A stretch of 64,000 nt of DNA from Bdellovibrionales bacterium (GCA_041690295.1 JAWLHR010000001.1:274168-338167); one strand, 5' to 3'; shown: positions 21,187-31,139, counted from the stretch's first letter. Notes: generated from the sequence alone by a model not told the origin. Program-made: numbers and translations.

Positions 21187-22014
21187 TCAGTATTGGGTGA
21201 ATACGAGATAATAGGGATCGATAATTCCCGTGGCCCAGGAATAAAACTCGCCTTTATGAGTGACAAGAACAATGCGGGCCGCGCCTTGTTCAACGATATA
21301 GATGTTGCCGACCGGATCCACGGCGATCCCCGTGGGGCCGCTCAATGAATCAGCGACCACCTTTGGATTGCCCGGAGAACGCTGATGATAGCGAAGCACG
21401 CGCGCGCCGCTCGAGGCGCCTTCGGCCACATAAACCCGTCCGGTGGCATCCGTCGTGATATTCACCGGATCATCGACGGTCGTCGTCGGCCCGGATCCAA
21501 GTCCCCATTGAACGAGGTCCTCACTGAAAAGTCCAACGAGAGGAATGTCATTCACGCCGAAGGCGAGCGCCGAAGCGATTGATGTGTATGTCGCGAAAAC
21601 TTTCTTGTCCGACGCGCGAATAATATTCATTTGACCGTCTTGAGCCACGAACACTTCGCCCACGCTGTTCACCGCGACCACGCTGGGGGTGAATAAATTA
21701 TCGGCCACAACCGTTCGTTGTCCCGAGGAGATATTGATTTTGGTGAGTTGATTCGCCCCTTGTTCGACCACATAGAGATTGCCGAATCGATCGGCCGCGA
21801 GGCCGCGCGGATCATTCAATCCCGACGCGAACACGGATCGGGTGCCGTCGGAATTGAACTGCAAGATCGTTCCCGGGGCTCCGCAGCTGACGTACATCGG
21901 GAAATCGTAAACCGGCGCTTGGCCCACGCGCAGAAGTCGGGACGCCGAACGCCCGCAGTTCACGAGTGAGAAGCATAAGAAGACAAATAAAAACGTCCTA
22001 GCTAATGTGGTCAA
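21187..22014 (-). CDS. NHL-repeat beta-propeller lipoprotein
   Basis: Lipobox-like LVNC; repeats PRGLAADRFGNLYV, PTGIAVDPVGNIYI. Confidence 0.85.
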   Translation of the reverse strand: MTTLARTFLFVFLCFSLVNCGRSASRLLRVGQAPVYDFPMYVSCGAPGTILQFNSDGTRSVFASGLNDPRGLAADRFGNLYVVEQGANQLTKINISSGQRTVVADNLFTPSVVAVNSVGEVFVAQDGQMNIIRASDKKVFATYTSIASALAFGVNDIPLVGLFSEDLVQWGLGSGPTTTVDDPVNITTDATGRVYVAEGASSGARVLRYHQRSPGNPKVVADSLSGPTGIAVDPVGNIYIVEQGAARIVLVTHKGEFYSWATGIIDPYYLVFTQY

Positions 22015-22568
22015 AACCTATACCCCAAACCAAAAACCGGATAACCATCCGTTTGCTCAATGGGTTCATCCAAACTGACGCCATCCTGCTTGCCCAACTT
22101 CTGTGTTCGATATTTATAACTGGCTTGAAAATACATGCCGCCGGTTTTTCCACCACCGGAAGCCAAGGCGAATCGCACACCGACACCAAGAAGCATACCA
22201 TCACCCGTTTGATTGGCGATCGAGCGGTCGGTGAAACTTCTCGCCACGTTGAAGGTGTAACCCAATTCGAAGTAGAACGGCTGGTAAGCCAACTCCAGTT
22301 TCGGACCAATCCCCGTGTCCGTTTCGCTGTCACCATGTTTATCGTACTGAAAGTAAATCCCGAATCCCCACCACGACTTGCTGTACATCAATTCGGAATG
22401 AGTCAAAATCGTGCTGCCCTCGGGGCCTTGGCCGCCTTGTTTGGTGGAACTGGTGAGAACCATCGCCGCCGCCGACGCGTGAAAACCGCCCGGTCCCGCG
22501 GCACCACTGGATCCCTGTGCATATCCCGTCTGACAAAAGAGCAATGCCATCAGCGCAAGCCATTTCAT
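22011..22568 (-). CDS. Small outer-membrane beta-barrel protein
   Basis: Signal peptide, alternating beta-strands, C-terminal FGLGYRF. Confidence 0.8.
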   Translation of the reverse strand: MKWLALMALLFCQTGYAQGSSGAAGPGGFHASAAAMVLTSSTKQGGQGPEGSTILTHSELMYSKSWWGFGIYFQYDKHGDSETDTGIGPKLELAYQPFYFELGYTFNVARSFTDRSIANQTGDGMLLGVGVRFALASGGGKTGGMYFQASYKYRTQKLGKQDGVSLDEPIEQTDGYPVFGLGYRF

Positions 22569-22572
22569 TGAA

Positions 22573-24270
22573 TCACCTCAAAGTCCTAAACACCTTAGTG
22601 GCGTAGGTCGTTAAGTTTCCGTTTCCGTCTTTGGAACGGACTTCGTAGTAATAATACTTGTACGGCTGTAAACCGGTCAGTTCGACGGAGTGGAACGTTT
22701 TTAGTGTCGCATCGAGCGGTGTGAAGTTGGTGATTTCGCCGATTCCGTAACCCACCTGAGTGTCAGCGCCCTCATCGGTCAGCCACTGGATGGTCGCCGA
22801 ATTGGACGTGATGTTGATCGCCTGCACTGAAGTGATCAACGGACTGGTTTCGTCACCGACTCCGGGCGGATCAGGATTATCGTCACTGAGCGGAGAGTTG
22901 GGATCGTTGGGTACGGCACAGATCTGAGTGAAATAAGTTCCGTTCAAAGTGAATTCAGGACCGTTCACGGATACGCCGTAGGTGCGCGCGGAGGTATCGT
23001 TGCTCGCTTGCACCGTATGAATTCCGCCGGCGAAGGCCACATTTAACTTTCCCTGGGCGATCAGTTCCCGAACGGTTCCCGCGCCGAACATCGCCAACAG
23101 ATCCAACGTGGCGGCTTGATTGGTTTCGTTACCCGTGATGCTTTGAACAAACGTGTCCCAATAAGTGTTGGTGGAAGCGTCATCATTCCAGGTTTCCACC
23201 GCCACCGTGGCTTGGTTCCGATCAAATCCCGCTTGGGCGACGCCCATGCCGTTGACGACAATCGCCGCCGGATCTCCTGATTTTCTCTTCACCGTCATCG
23301 ATAGCGAGGCCGCTGTGATGGTGATGTCTTTCACCGCCGCGACCGAAGGCAATCGCGGGTCATAGTAAAATTCCACCGACCGAAAGCCGCCTGGGGCGTT
23401 GTCCACCGATTGTTTGGGTGTCACCGCATTGTTAAACGCGTCTTGCCCGATGGAATTGCCGTCGTTATGCACATAAACATTGCGGAACTGGTAAGTGGGA
23501 CTTGTGGTGCAGCTCAGCGGGTTCTTCGAGATGGTTACGCCCTTGATAAAAAGTTTCGGCTCATAGCCCGTTCCGCTGAATATCGGCGAATCATCTCCGG
23601 TCACGACTTGCACTTTCCCATCATTGATGACATCGACCAGAGTTTTCGTACCGTCCGGCAACAGATCCGCGACATTCAAATCGAATGTGTTCGGTATGTT
23701 CGCTTTATAATGGCTCAGCGACCAATCCAGGTAGTAGGCGTTTTCAGGTACATCCGGCACCATCGCCCCTGTGCAATCGGAGCAAAGATAACGGCGAAAC
23801 TCCACTTTCGTGTTCGCGGGGTTGGTGTTCAAAATCCCCTGGCTCACGCGCCCCGTGAACACGCCGTCGACCATAATACCTTCGGTGTCGGATGTGTCCC
23901 GTTGCGTGTCGATCACGAGATGCGCTTCATTCAATTTGAAATTGTTCGGCGGATACGAATAGGAGAAAGTGAACGGCACTTGCCGGTCCGTTTGCGTGTT
24001 ATTGAATCCGATCCGCGCGCCGGCGAACGGATACTCATTGGTCGCGAATTCGGGAAAATCCCCGGCGGTGGCGGTGATGATTTGCACGACTTCATAGAGA
24101 TTACCGAGGTTGGCTCCATCGGTTCGGCTGCCATCATCACCGATTTCCGCCGGGCCTAAGTATTCCCCGGTGAACAAAGGCTTAGCCTTTCCACAACCCA
24201 GGGAAATTCCCAAAGCCATCGCGAGCGCCGCCAGAACCACGGCCGCATTGGTTCGCCAGTTCAAAAACAT
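22573..24270 (-). CDS. Large lipoprotein with C-terminal fibronectin type III domain
   Basis: Lipobox SLGC; C-terminal ATIQWLTDE...HSVELTGLQP...YYYEVRSKD. Confidence 0.8.
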   Translation of the reverse strand: MFLNWRTNAAVVLAALAMALGISLGCGKAKPLFTGEYLGPAEIGDDGSRTDGANLGNLYEVVQIITATAGDFPEFATNEYPFAGARIGFNNTQTDRQVPFTFSYSYPPNNFKLNEAHLVIDTQRDTSDTEGIMVDGVFTGRVSQGILNTNPANTKVEFRRYLCSDCTGAMVPDVPENAYYLDWSLSHYKANIPNTFDLNVADLLPDGTKTLVDVINDGKVQVVTGDDSPIFSGTGYEPKLFIKGVTISKNPLSCTTSPTYQFRNVYVHNDGNSIGQDAFNNAVTPKQSVDNAPGGFRSVEFYYDPRLPSVAAVKDITITAASLSMTVKRKSGDPAAIVVNGMGVAQAGFDRNQATVAVETWNDDASTNTYWDTFVQSITGNETNQAATLDLLAMFGAGTVRELIAQGKLNVAFAGGIHTVQASNDTSARTYGVSVNGPEFTLNGTYFTQICAVPNDPNSPLSDDNPDPPGVGDETSPLITSVQAINITSNSATIQWLTDEGADTQVGYGIGEITNFTPLDATLKTFHSVELTGLQPYKYYYYEVRSKDGNGNLTTYATKVFRTLR

Positions 24271-24334
24271 AAACTAATTTTATCTTGCAATGGAGTGGCT
24301 TGGCCACTGGACTAGGACGATGGTCTAACCGATC

Positions 24335-24697
24335 TTATTGAGAGTCCCGCAAAACGCGAATGATTTGCTGGAGCCGCAGCGGTTCTCCCGTTGGGGAACA
24401 AAGTTCGCCACTTTCCATTTTCCGCGCTAACTTATCGAGAACCGCGGCTTCTTGCCCGCCGGCAATTCCGAGCGCACGAAAGATCGGTTGTGCGGATTGA
24501 TAAGCCATTGAGATTCCGTTCCGATAGTCAAAGTAAGTGGAATAAATATCGTGAGCCTCTTCCAAAGCCTGGCTCGGATTCCGTGTCATGGAATAACCGA
24601 TGTAGGCCTGGCGGTAAGCCTGGACGCACGCGGACTCACTCGACCAAGATACAGGCGAATTCAAGAGAAAAACAGCAATAGCCCAGATCAAAATCAT
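24335..24697 (-). CDS. Secreted hypothetical protein
   Basis: Signal peptide, Cys pair; sigma-54-like motif upstream. Confidence 0.65.
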   Translation of the reverse strand: MILIWAIAVFLLNSPVSWSSESACVQAYRQAYIGYSMTRNPSQALEEAHDIYSTYFDYRNGISMAYQSAQPIFRALGIAGGQEAAVLDKLARKMESGELCSPTGEPLRLQQIIRVLRDSQ

Positions 24698-24713
24698 ATC
24701 ACCTTAAGGGCAT

Positions 24714-24729
24714 TGCAGAACCAGTGCCA
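24714..24729 (-). promoter_or_regulatory. Sigma-54 -24/-12 promoter candidate
   Basis: TGGCAC-TGGTT-CTGCA upstream of the 24697 start. Confidence 0.6.
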
Positions 24730-24788
24730 TGTTCCACCCGGACTGAATTCGCGTACAGTTGCGAGTTCAGGTGCCCGATAAGTCATCT

Positions 24789-26051
24789 ATGAGGGTTTTT
24801 CGTGTATTTTTGAAAATACTCCTGAGCGCATTTTTGGCATTCCCATATTCCGCTCCATTCGCACAGATCACCCCGGTTGCCAAAAATCCTGACTTTCGTG
24901 AAAAAATGATTCGGCTCCACTTCGATCATATCGTCCGCCAATCCATGCTCGTTCAGACCCATAAGGACTTCGAAAAAGTCTTCCTCGCCCAGCTGTCGGA
25001 GAAGGATCGCAAGGACATCGCCAAAGCCGTTCGAAGCCTAAAAACCTTTCCCACTTTCAAGCGCGTTGATTCGAAGCTTGTTCTCAAGGAATACGGCTTC
25101 CCCAAAATTGAGATCACCTGGCCGGAACCCTTGAAAATGGATTTTGTAATTAATGGCGTTTTGTGGAGCTATGACGAGAAAAAACCCCTCATGCCGCAAG
25201 TTGAGAAACTCGCGCGACAGCTGGGCACGCAAAAAAGGTCGGCGTTCGTGTTCGACATTCTTCCAGACGCCCACGCCGATGGCGGCCTCATGTCAATTCC
25301 GGTTGTGGCCATGGTCGTCGGCAGCTTGATTGGGGTGACTGGCGGCGTGATCTTCAATGACCTATTGATCGTGGCCTGGTGTTGGAGCGCTGAAAAGACG
25401 GGTATCGTTAGCCAACGATGCGTGGACCGCGAAAAGGCCAAACAAGAAGTCATTTTCAAGAACGTTCCGTCACTTGACGCTGTTGTCAAACAGACCGGAT
25501 CGGACAAGAAGAACGTGCTTGCTCGATGGGAAACGGCCAGTGAAATGTCCTGCCCCGCGAACAATGACGGCCAACCCCGACAGTATCGGGCGAAGATTCG
25601 GTCCGTGGCCGTCCAAGACGGCAAAAAGGTTCCCATTTCCAAGTGGCATAATGTCTTAGCCAAATTTAACGCCGACGGTTATCCGACCGATGTCATCATT
25701 ACGGATGAGTCGGTCAACCCGGAAAAATTAAACCCGGCCGACAATTCCAAACTGGTGGTGCACATAGCGTTTGACCCCACGACATCAAAACCGGTCAGCT
25801 ATCGAATTCCTAACCCGAATTACAATAAGGATAGTCTATTGGCGCGCCCGACAATCTCATTGACTCGCCTCAATGAATTAACGCCCGCTCAACAGGAGTT
25901 GATCACCAATGCCGACGATGCCATTATCGTCGTAAACTGGAGCTTGTATCGTTGCGTCGGTGACAAGGTGAAGCGCGAGGTAACGGCCGGTATCGATCCG
26001 GGATCGCCCGCCGAGCCCAAGCCCACACCCGATGCGAAAACGACAAAATAG
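24789..26051 (+). CDS. Secreted/membrane hypothetical protein
   Basis: Signal peptide, internal hydrophobic segment after LPDAHA, Cys pairs. Confidence 0.7.
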   Translation: MRVFRVFLKILLSAFLAFPYSAPFAQITPVAKNPDFREKMIRLHFDHIVRQSMLVQTHKDFEKVFLAQLSEKDRKDIAKAVRSLKTFPTFKRVDSKLVLKEYGFPKIEITWPEPLKMDFVINGVLWSYDEKKPLMPQVEKLARQLGTQKRSAFVFDILPDAHADGGLMSIPVVAMVVGSLIGVTGGVIFNDLLIVAWCWSAEKTGIVSQRCVDREKAKQEVIFKNVPSLDAVVKQTGSDKKNVLARWETASEMSCPANNDGQPRQYRAKIRSVAVQDGKKVPISKWHNVLAKFNADGYPTDVIITDESVNPEKLNPADNSKLVVHIAFDPTTSKPVSYRIPNPNYNKDSLLARPTISLTRLNELTPAQQELITNADDAIIVVNWSLYRCVGDKVKREVTAGIDPGSPAEPKPTPDAKTTK

Positions 26052-26054
26052 CGA

Positions 26055-26702
26055 ATGGCATTGGAACGGTTCCGTCAGGAAGCCCGAGAAAAATATATCT
26101 CTCATTTTTACTCACCTTGGGTCCACACCCTGTTCATTATTCTTTTCACCGTCTGCGGTCTCGTCATTTATTCACAGGCCCTGGAAGTCAGAAATCCATT
26201 TTTTATCATCGCGGTTTGCCTTTGCAGTTTGCTGATCGCCAATGTGGTGGAGTATTGGGCGCACCGGTTACCCATGCACCGGCCGTATAAGTGGCTTTAC
26301 TTCGCCTTCGATCACCACACGCTTCGCCACCACCGTTTTTTCCCCGATACGGATATGGGTTACGAATCAGGAAAAGACGTGGCCTTCGTGCTCTTTTCAC
26401 CTTTGATGATGGTTTTATTTTTCTTGGGCTTCGCGGCGCCGATTTGCCTTGCGGGCGGGTGGCTCTTTGGCCGAGACACTGGTCTTTTAATGATGATGAC
26501 CGCGCATGTTTATTATTTCTCTTACGAGTGCCTGCACTTCCTCTATCACTTACCCGAAGCGCACTGGCTTAAAGAGACGGCCTTCTTGCGATGGCTGAGC
26601 GCTCATCACCGAATTCACCACGATCCACGATACATGGGAAATTCCAACTTTAACGTGACTCTGCCGCTGGCCGATTGGATTTTCGGCACCTATCGCCGTT
26701 AA
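26055..26702 (+). CDS. Fatty acid hydroxylase/sterol desaturase family protein
   Basis: His boxes HRLPMH, HHTLRHH, HFLYH, HHRIHH; NFNVTLP..DWIFGT. Confidence 0.9.
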   Translation: MALERFRQEAREKYISHFYSPWVHTLFIILFTVCGLVIYSQALEVRNPFFIIAVCLCSLLIANVVEYWAHRLPMHRPYKWLYFAFDHHTLRHHRFFPDTDMGYESGKDVAFVLFSPLMMVLFFLGFAAPICLAGGWLFGRDTGLLMMMTAHVYYFSYECLHFLYHLPEAHWLKETAFLRWLSAHHRIHHDPRYMGNSNFNVTLPLADWIFGTYRR

Positions 26703-26703
26703 T

Positions 26704-27270
26704 TTATTTCGATTTAATTCTTAAGTCTTTGCCGATCTCGTACTTGGACTCACCGTCGGTCAACAGCTTCACACCCTTTTGTACCACGGGTTTGAGCGAC
26801 GGAAGCGCTTCATTGGTCATCACGAAACGCTGATTTTTCGCATCCCAAAGGAAGTAGTAATAAAGAGGACCAAGCTTCATTGAATCCAAACCACTCAAAG
26901 CCAAATCGAAGACCTTGGGATCTCTCAGGTTCACCAAATAAAAACCAACCTGATCGTCTTCAGAAAGACCCTGAATTCTTGGAACCCCGTCGACTTGTGG
27001 AATCTTGATAATGTCGCGCGATTTTCCGTTGAGGTTTATAAATTCAACCCGTTCAATCAGGCGCAGTTCCGGATAATCCCGATCCGGCTGAGTGTGAAAA
27101 ATCACATGAAATTGAGCTTTGCCATCCGGAGAGAATCGGCAGGGCGCCTCTTTGGTGCAGGACTTTTTCTGCTCATAAGTGATGTCACGCCAGGTGGAGG
27201 AATCAGCGAATCCCGTCACTGGGCTGAGAAGCAACGCCGACAGAAGAAGCACGTGACTTCGCCTTAACAC
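26704..27270 (-). CDS. Secreted hypothetical protein overlapping the GH19 gene end
   Basis: GTG start gives signal peptide MLRRSHVLLLSALLLSPVTGFA; start uncertain. Confidence 0.65.
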   Translation of the reverse strand: MLRRSHVLLLSALLLSPVTGFADSSTWRDITYEQKKSCTKEAPCRFSPDGKAQFHVIFHTQPDRDYPELRLIERVEFINLNGKSRDIIKIPQVDGVPRIQGLSEDDQVGFYLVNLRDPKVFDLALSGLDSMKLGPLYYYFLWDAKNQRFVMTNEALPSLKPVVQKGVKLLTDGESKYEIGKDLRIKSK

Positions 27271-28054
27271 TGGCGATGGCCTGCTCGAAATTGCCATTTA
27301 AGCATCCTCCAATTTTATTATACATTTTGGTGCGGCTTTCTAAACCTTTTATTTGCTTTCCGTTAATCGTTCGTGAAACCTCGACGATGCCCTCACTGCC
27401 ACTGGTCAATGATTTGCGAAATTCGTGCATGTGGAATTTCGCGTTTTCCCACCAGTAAAGCGTGCACGTGGCGGCCAATCGTTTATCGGGCGCGGCGTCA
27501 CCTAAGAGTTTTTCAGGATCAGTGATGATCGGATGATCCTTAACATCGTCCCTGGGCGGTGGACATTTTTTACGTTCACTTTGCACGACTTCAAACAGCC
27601 GGCGAGCCGGCTCACCCGTCTTTAATCGTTCAACGAATCTCGCGCAACCCGCATAGTTGTAACAATGGGTGACCTGGATCGGTCCGCGGCCTTTGTATTT
27701 GGGACGACCTTGAACGAATTTGCTTCCGTCGCCGAGCTCGGTCATATATTTGAACCGCATACTTTCGTGCAGGAGTTGCGAATAAAAGTGATGGCGCTCA
27801 TTATCACTCGGCGTACGTAAACCAATCGCGGCCATTTTCGCCCAAGTATCGGCGAACCCCTCGGCCAATTCTTTGACTTTTTTCTCTGTCGCCTGATCCA
27901 ACGCTGGGCCGGTTTTATTCGCCGAACAGGTCATCTCTTGATAGAGGATATCACTGAGGCGGGCGATCGGATCCGATTCCTGAGCGGCACCCGCCCATGA
28001 AAAAGCGACCAAGCTGACGGCGATTCCCAAGCCATAAACCAAATGTCTGCTCAT
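27203..28054 (-). CDS. Secreted glycoside hydrolase family 19 (lysozyme/chitinase-like)
   Basis: FYSQLLHES...TE, YKGRGPIQVT..YNY, YWW, SRTING...GLESR. Confidence 0.85.
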   Translation of the reverse strand: MSRHLVYGLGIAVSLVAFSWAGAAQESDPIARLSDILYQEMTCSANKTGPALDQATEKKVKELAEGFADTWAKMAAIGLRTPSDNERHHFYSQLLHESMRFKYMTELGDGSKFVQGRPKYKGRGPIQVTHCYNYAGCARFVERLKTGEPARRLFEVVQSERKKCPPPRDDVKDHPIITDPEKLLGDAAPDKRLAATCTLYWWENAKFHMHEFRKSLTSGSEGIVEVSRTINGKQIKGLESRTKMYNKIGGCLNGNFEQAIASVKAKSRASSVGVASQPSDGIR

Positions 28055-28152
28055 GGCTTGTCGACGGTGCAATTAACGCATCTATTGAGAGGCAACGAGG
28101 GGCGGTTTCAATGTCTAAAACTTAAACACCTGGCACAAGTAAGTTCATGTGA

Positions 28153-28767
28153 TCACTCAATATCCAGCCGCGAGATCACGACCGAAACGCCCATGCCGAT
28201 GCCGGCCGAGTAGACCCTGGCGGTGGCATTGGTCTGCTCATTATACAAATTAAAATAGGCCGCCGAGGCATAGTAGCCCGCGGAACCTCCGTATCCGTCA
28301 TACTGGCCGCGCACGCTTTCGCGAAGGTTTTGACGATCAGGAACCTCGATGGTGATGACCATGAGATGTAGCATGGCGTTCGCGGCGACCGCCGGACTGA
28401 AATAGGTCACCTTATAAAAGGTTGCCCTGTCATCGACACAAACCGCCCCACCGTATTCGATAATCGCACCCACTTTTAAACTCACACAATAAAGCCATAA
28501 CTCCAGCGACCGACCACCGACGGGTAGACTTTTGGACAGTTCTCTTTCTTTCGCTTTTTCCGATTCCACCTCTTTGCCGAATCGCTCAGCCTCTTCAAGT
28601 TCATCGAAAACTTGCGCACGCTCGAATTCCGGCTGCGTCATGTACCAATCATAAAGGCGTTTTATCGAATCGATAGGAAACGGCCAGCCCGCTTGCTCTT
28701 CCGCGCGGCAGATACCAACGTGAACGTTGCATAGAATGAAAATCAGAAAGAATAAATGCGCTTTCAC
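28153..28767 (-). CDS. Secreted hypothetical protein
   Basis: Signal peptide; Gly/Ala-rich beta C-terminus; sigma-54-like motif upstream. Confidence 0.65.
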   Translation of the reverse strand: MKAHLFFLIFILCNVHVGICRAEEQAGWPFPIDSIKRLYDWYMTQPEFERAQVFDELEEAERFGKEVESEKAKERELSKSLPVGGRSLELWLYCVSLKVGAIIEYGGAVCVDDRATFYKVTYFSPAVAANAMLHLMVITIEVPDRQNLRESVRGQYDGYGGSAGYYASAAYFNLYNEQTNATARVYSAGIGMGVSVVISRLDIE

Positions 28768-28779
28768 AACCGATATAGC

Positions 28780-28795
28780 AGCAATTCATGTGCCG
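28780..28795 (-). promoter_or_regulatory. Sigma-54 -24/-12 promoter candidate
   Basis: CGGCAC-ATGAA-TTGCT immediately upstream of the 28767 start. Confidence 0.6.
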
Positions 28796-28910
28796 CCACG
28801 ACCAATGGCCAGCGGGATTTTGGTACGGAAATAAATCCTGGATTCTAGATTTTTTCAGAGCGCAAAAGCAGATTGATTCTATCAAGTCTCGTTTCAACCA
28901 AGGATTACCT

Positions 28911-29810
28911 ATGAAAGCTATCCGTTCCAAAGCCATCCGCATAGGATCAATGGCGTTTGTTGTTGGAATCATCGCCGCTCAAACCCGTTGTGCCGATGAT
29001 TCCGAATCTAAAACCTCGCCAAGCTCCTGTACGCAATCGACCGTACCGAAGAATTATGCGTGCACCACCAATTTCGCCTTGGGGATTCCCGATTGGATCA
29101 AGGATAATTTCACCTGCGTGCAAGTGACGGACGATGGCACCAATTATGTCTTCGCGACCGAAGACGTGCCGTCTTACAACAGCATGTACTTCGGAACCTG
29201 CGACTCACGATATGAAGCCGCTCCGGGGACCAACCGTGCCAATCCGAATCTGATCTCGATTCAAAACTACGTCATCAAAGTTCCCAAGAATCCGGAAGTC
29301 GCCGCTAATCCCACCGATGTTTCCCTGACAACCGTAGGTGTGGCCACGAACGGCATCGTTTACTTCGACAATATGGCCGCGCCACCCGACAACCTGGTCA
29401 ATGAGCTGGCCACGATGGACGCAGGCAACGGACACCCCACGAACACCGGCACCTACCACTATCATGCCGAGCCCTATAAGCTGACCGACACCGATCCGGG
29501 CGCGTTCGTTGGTGTGGCCCGCGACGGTTTCCCTGTGTTCGGCCCCAAAGAAGCCGACGGTACAACGAATCCGCAATACGTGGGCGGCGCGAACTGCAAC
29601 CCAACAAAGGTTAACGAAAGGATGGCCGGCACCAACGACGATGCACCAGACAACTGCCAGCCACTGGCGATTTCAAACTTCCATTGTCATGAAATCGCGG
29701 GAGCCACCTTCTTCCCTGATATCTACACTTGCCACTATCATGTCGATAATGGACCGACTTATATGTTGGATAAATTCGCGGGCACTCCGGGAAGTTTCAC
29801 AAACAATTGA
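28911..29810 (+). CDS. YHYH-domain exported protein
   Basis: GVATNGI, GHPTNTGTYHYH, GVARDGFPVFGP, CHYH. Confidence 0.85.
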   Translation: MKAIRSKAIRIGSMAFVVGIIAAQTRCADDSESKTSPSSCTQSTVPKNYACTTNFALGIPDWIKDNFTCVQVTDDGTNYVFATEDVPSYNSMYFGTCDSRYEAAPGTNRANPNLISIQNYVIKVPKNPEVAANPTDVSLTTVGVATNGIVYFDNMAAPPDNLVNELATMDAGNGHPTNTGTYHYHAEPYKLTDTDPGAFVGVARDGFPVFGPKEADGTTNPQYVGGANCNPTKVNERMAGTNDDAPDNCQPLAISNFHCHEIAGATFFPDIYTCHYHVDNGPTYMLDKFAGTPGSFTNN

Positions 29811-30379
29811 TGATTAAAAAATTTGTCATTCTCCTGCTTTTCATCGGTACGACGTCAGCGTCGTACCGATTCGCCTTGAACGAACGAATGATTGAGGCCA
29901 CTGATTCCCGGCTTTCACTTTCGCCATCGGGTGATCGACTCTTTAAGAATAAACCATTCGATGGAACTCTCATCTATCGCCGGTCGGACGGATCCGTTTG
30001 GAGAAAAGAAGGTTACCTCAATGGAAGAAAACACGGCGAGCACATCAGCTGGTTTCCTAACGGCAAGATCGAAGCGAAACGCCAATACAAGAACGGAATA
30101 AAAATCGGAACGCACGAAGGCTGGTATCCTAACGGCCAAAAACGTTTTGAAAGCCGGCATGAAAACGGCGTTTATCACGGCATCTTTCAATCCTGGTATG
30201 ACAACGGACAATTGTTCGAGTTCATAAAGTATGATCGTGGAGAAGAGGTTCACCACAAAAAATGGCGCCGCACCGGACAAATCTACGCGAATTACATTTG
30301 GCGCGACGGCCGAACTTACGGCCTTAAAGGAGATAAAGCCTGCTTCAAAACGACGGGAGATGGAATTGCGAAGAATTAG
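29807..30379 (+). CDS. MORN-variant repeat protein (YwqK-like)
   Basis: Repeats NGRKHG...WFPNG, NGIKIG...WYPNG, NGVYHG...WYDNG. Confidence 0.85.
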   Translation: MMIKKFVILLLFIGTTSASYRFALNERMIEATDSRLSLSPSGDRLFKNKPFDGTLIYRRSDGSVWRKEGYLNGRKHGEHISWFPNGKIEAKRQYKNGIKIGTHEGWYPNGQKRFESRHENGVYHGIFQSWYDNGQLFEFIKYDRGEEVHHKKWRRTGQIYANYIWRDGRTYGLKGDKACFKTTGDGIAKN

Positions 30380-30998
30380 TTGGCTCTTGAGCGTTTTCTA
30401 CAGTTCTTCACTCTTTGCCAGTGTCAGCCCTCTGCCCTTTTTCACCGCCCATGATTTCACTCCGGTTTTCGAAATAAAGGAAACGCGGGAAGAATTCGCC
30501 AAGGTTTCCGCTTTCCAATTCATCAATCAAAATAACCAACCTGTGACCGATGAAAAGCTGAGCGGAAAAATCAGTATTGTGAACTTCTTTTTCACGCAAT
30601 GTAACGGCATTTGCCCCACACTGATGTCGAATCTCAGGAACTTGCATGAGAAAGTGAAAAATTCGCGAGACGTGCAGATGCTGTCGTTTTCCATCACTCC
30701 AACTCATGACACGCCTGAAAAACTCCGTGAATTCGCAAAAACTCGCCGCATAGATCTCATGCGATGGGACTTGATCACTGGTGACCAACAAAACGTGCTT
30801 GAGTTCGCAAAGAAAGTTTTCAAGGCTGATAAAGCCACCAACGACAAATCGCCCGATCAGTTTGTACATTCAGACACAGTGTTCTTGATTGACGGTTCAA
30901 ATCACATTCGGGGCATTTACCGAGGACAGAAGCCAAGCTCACTGCAAGATCTGGTGAAGGACATTCAGCGTCTGCGCTTGGAGCTGCGCGGCTCGTGA
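30360..30998 (+). CDS. SCO1/SenC copper chaperone
   Basis: FFFTQCNGICP (CxxxC), FSITP.HDTP, distal His in FVHSD. Confidence 0.92.
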   Translation: MELRRISWLLSVFYSSSLFASVSPLPFFTAHDFTPVFEIKETREEFAKVSAFQFINQNNQPVTDEKLSGKISIVNFFFTQCNGICPTLMSNLRNLHEKVKNSRDVQMLSFSITPTHDTPEKLREFAKTRRIDLMRWDLITGDQQNVLEFAKKVFKADKATNDKSPDQFVHSDTVFLIDGSNHIRGIYRGQKPSSLQDLVKDIQRLRLELRGS

Positions 30999-31055
30999 AA
31001 TCATCTCCATTAAAATAAACAAAAGTAATCACACTGAGGCTTGAGACACGCGGGG

Positions 31056-31084
31056 TTGTCAAACGTGCGCCTTTCTGCTATTCT
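31056..31084 (+). promoter_or_regulatory. Sigma-70-type promoter candidate
   Basis: TTGTCA-17nt-TATTCT with TG extension; implies a ~130-nt leader before 31223. Confidence 0.45.
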
Positions 31085-31139
31085 ATAATGGTCGCTTTGA
31101 CACCATAAGCGCTCCAAAACGAGCCGCTTTCTAAAAACA

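Noticed and set aside
29807..30379. YwqJK-type toxin-antitoxin system
   Set aside because: The MORN-variant protein has a signal peptide and no adjacent toxin
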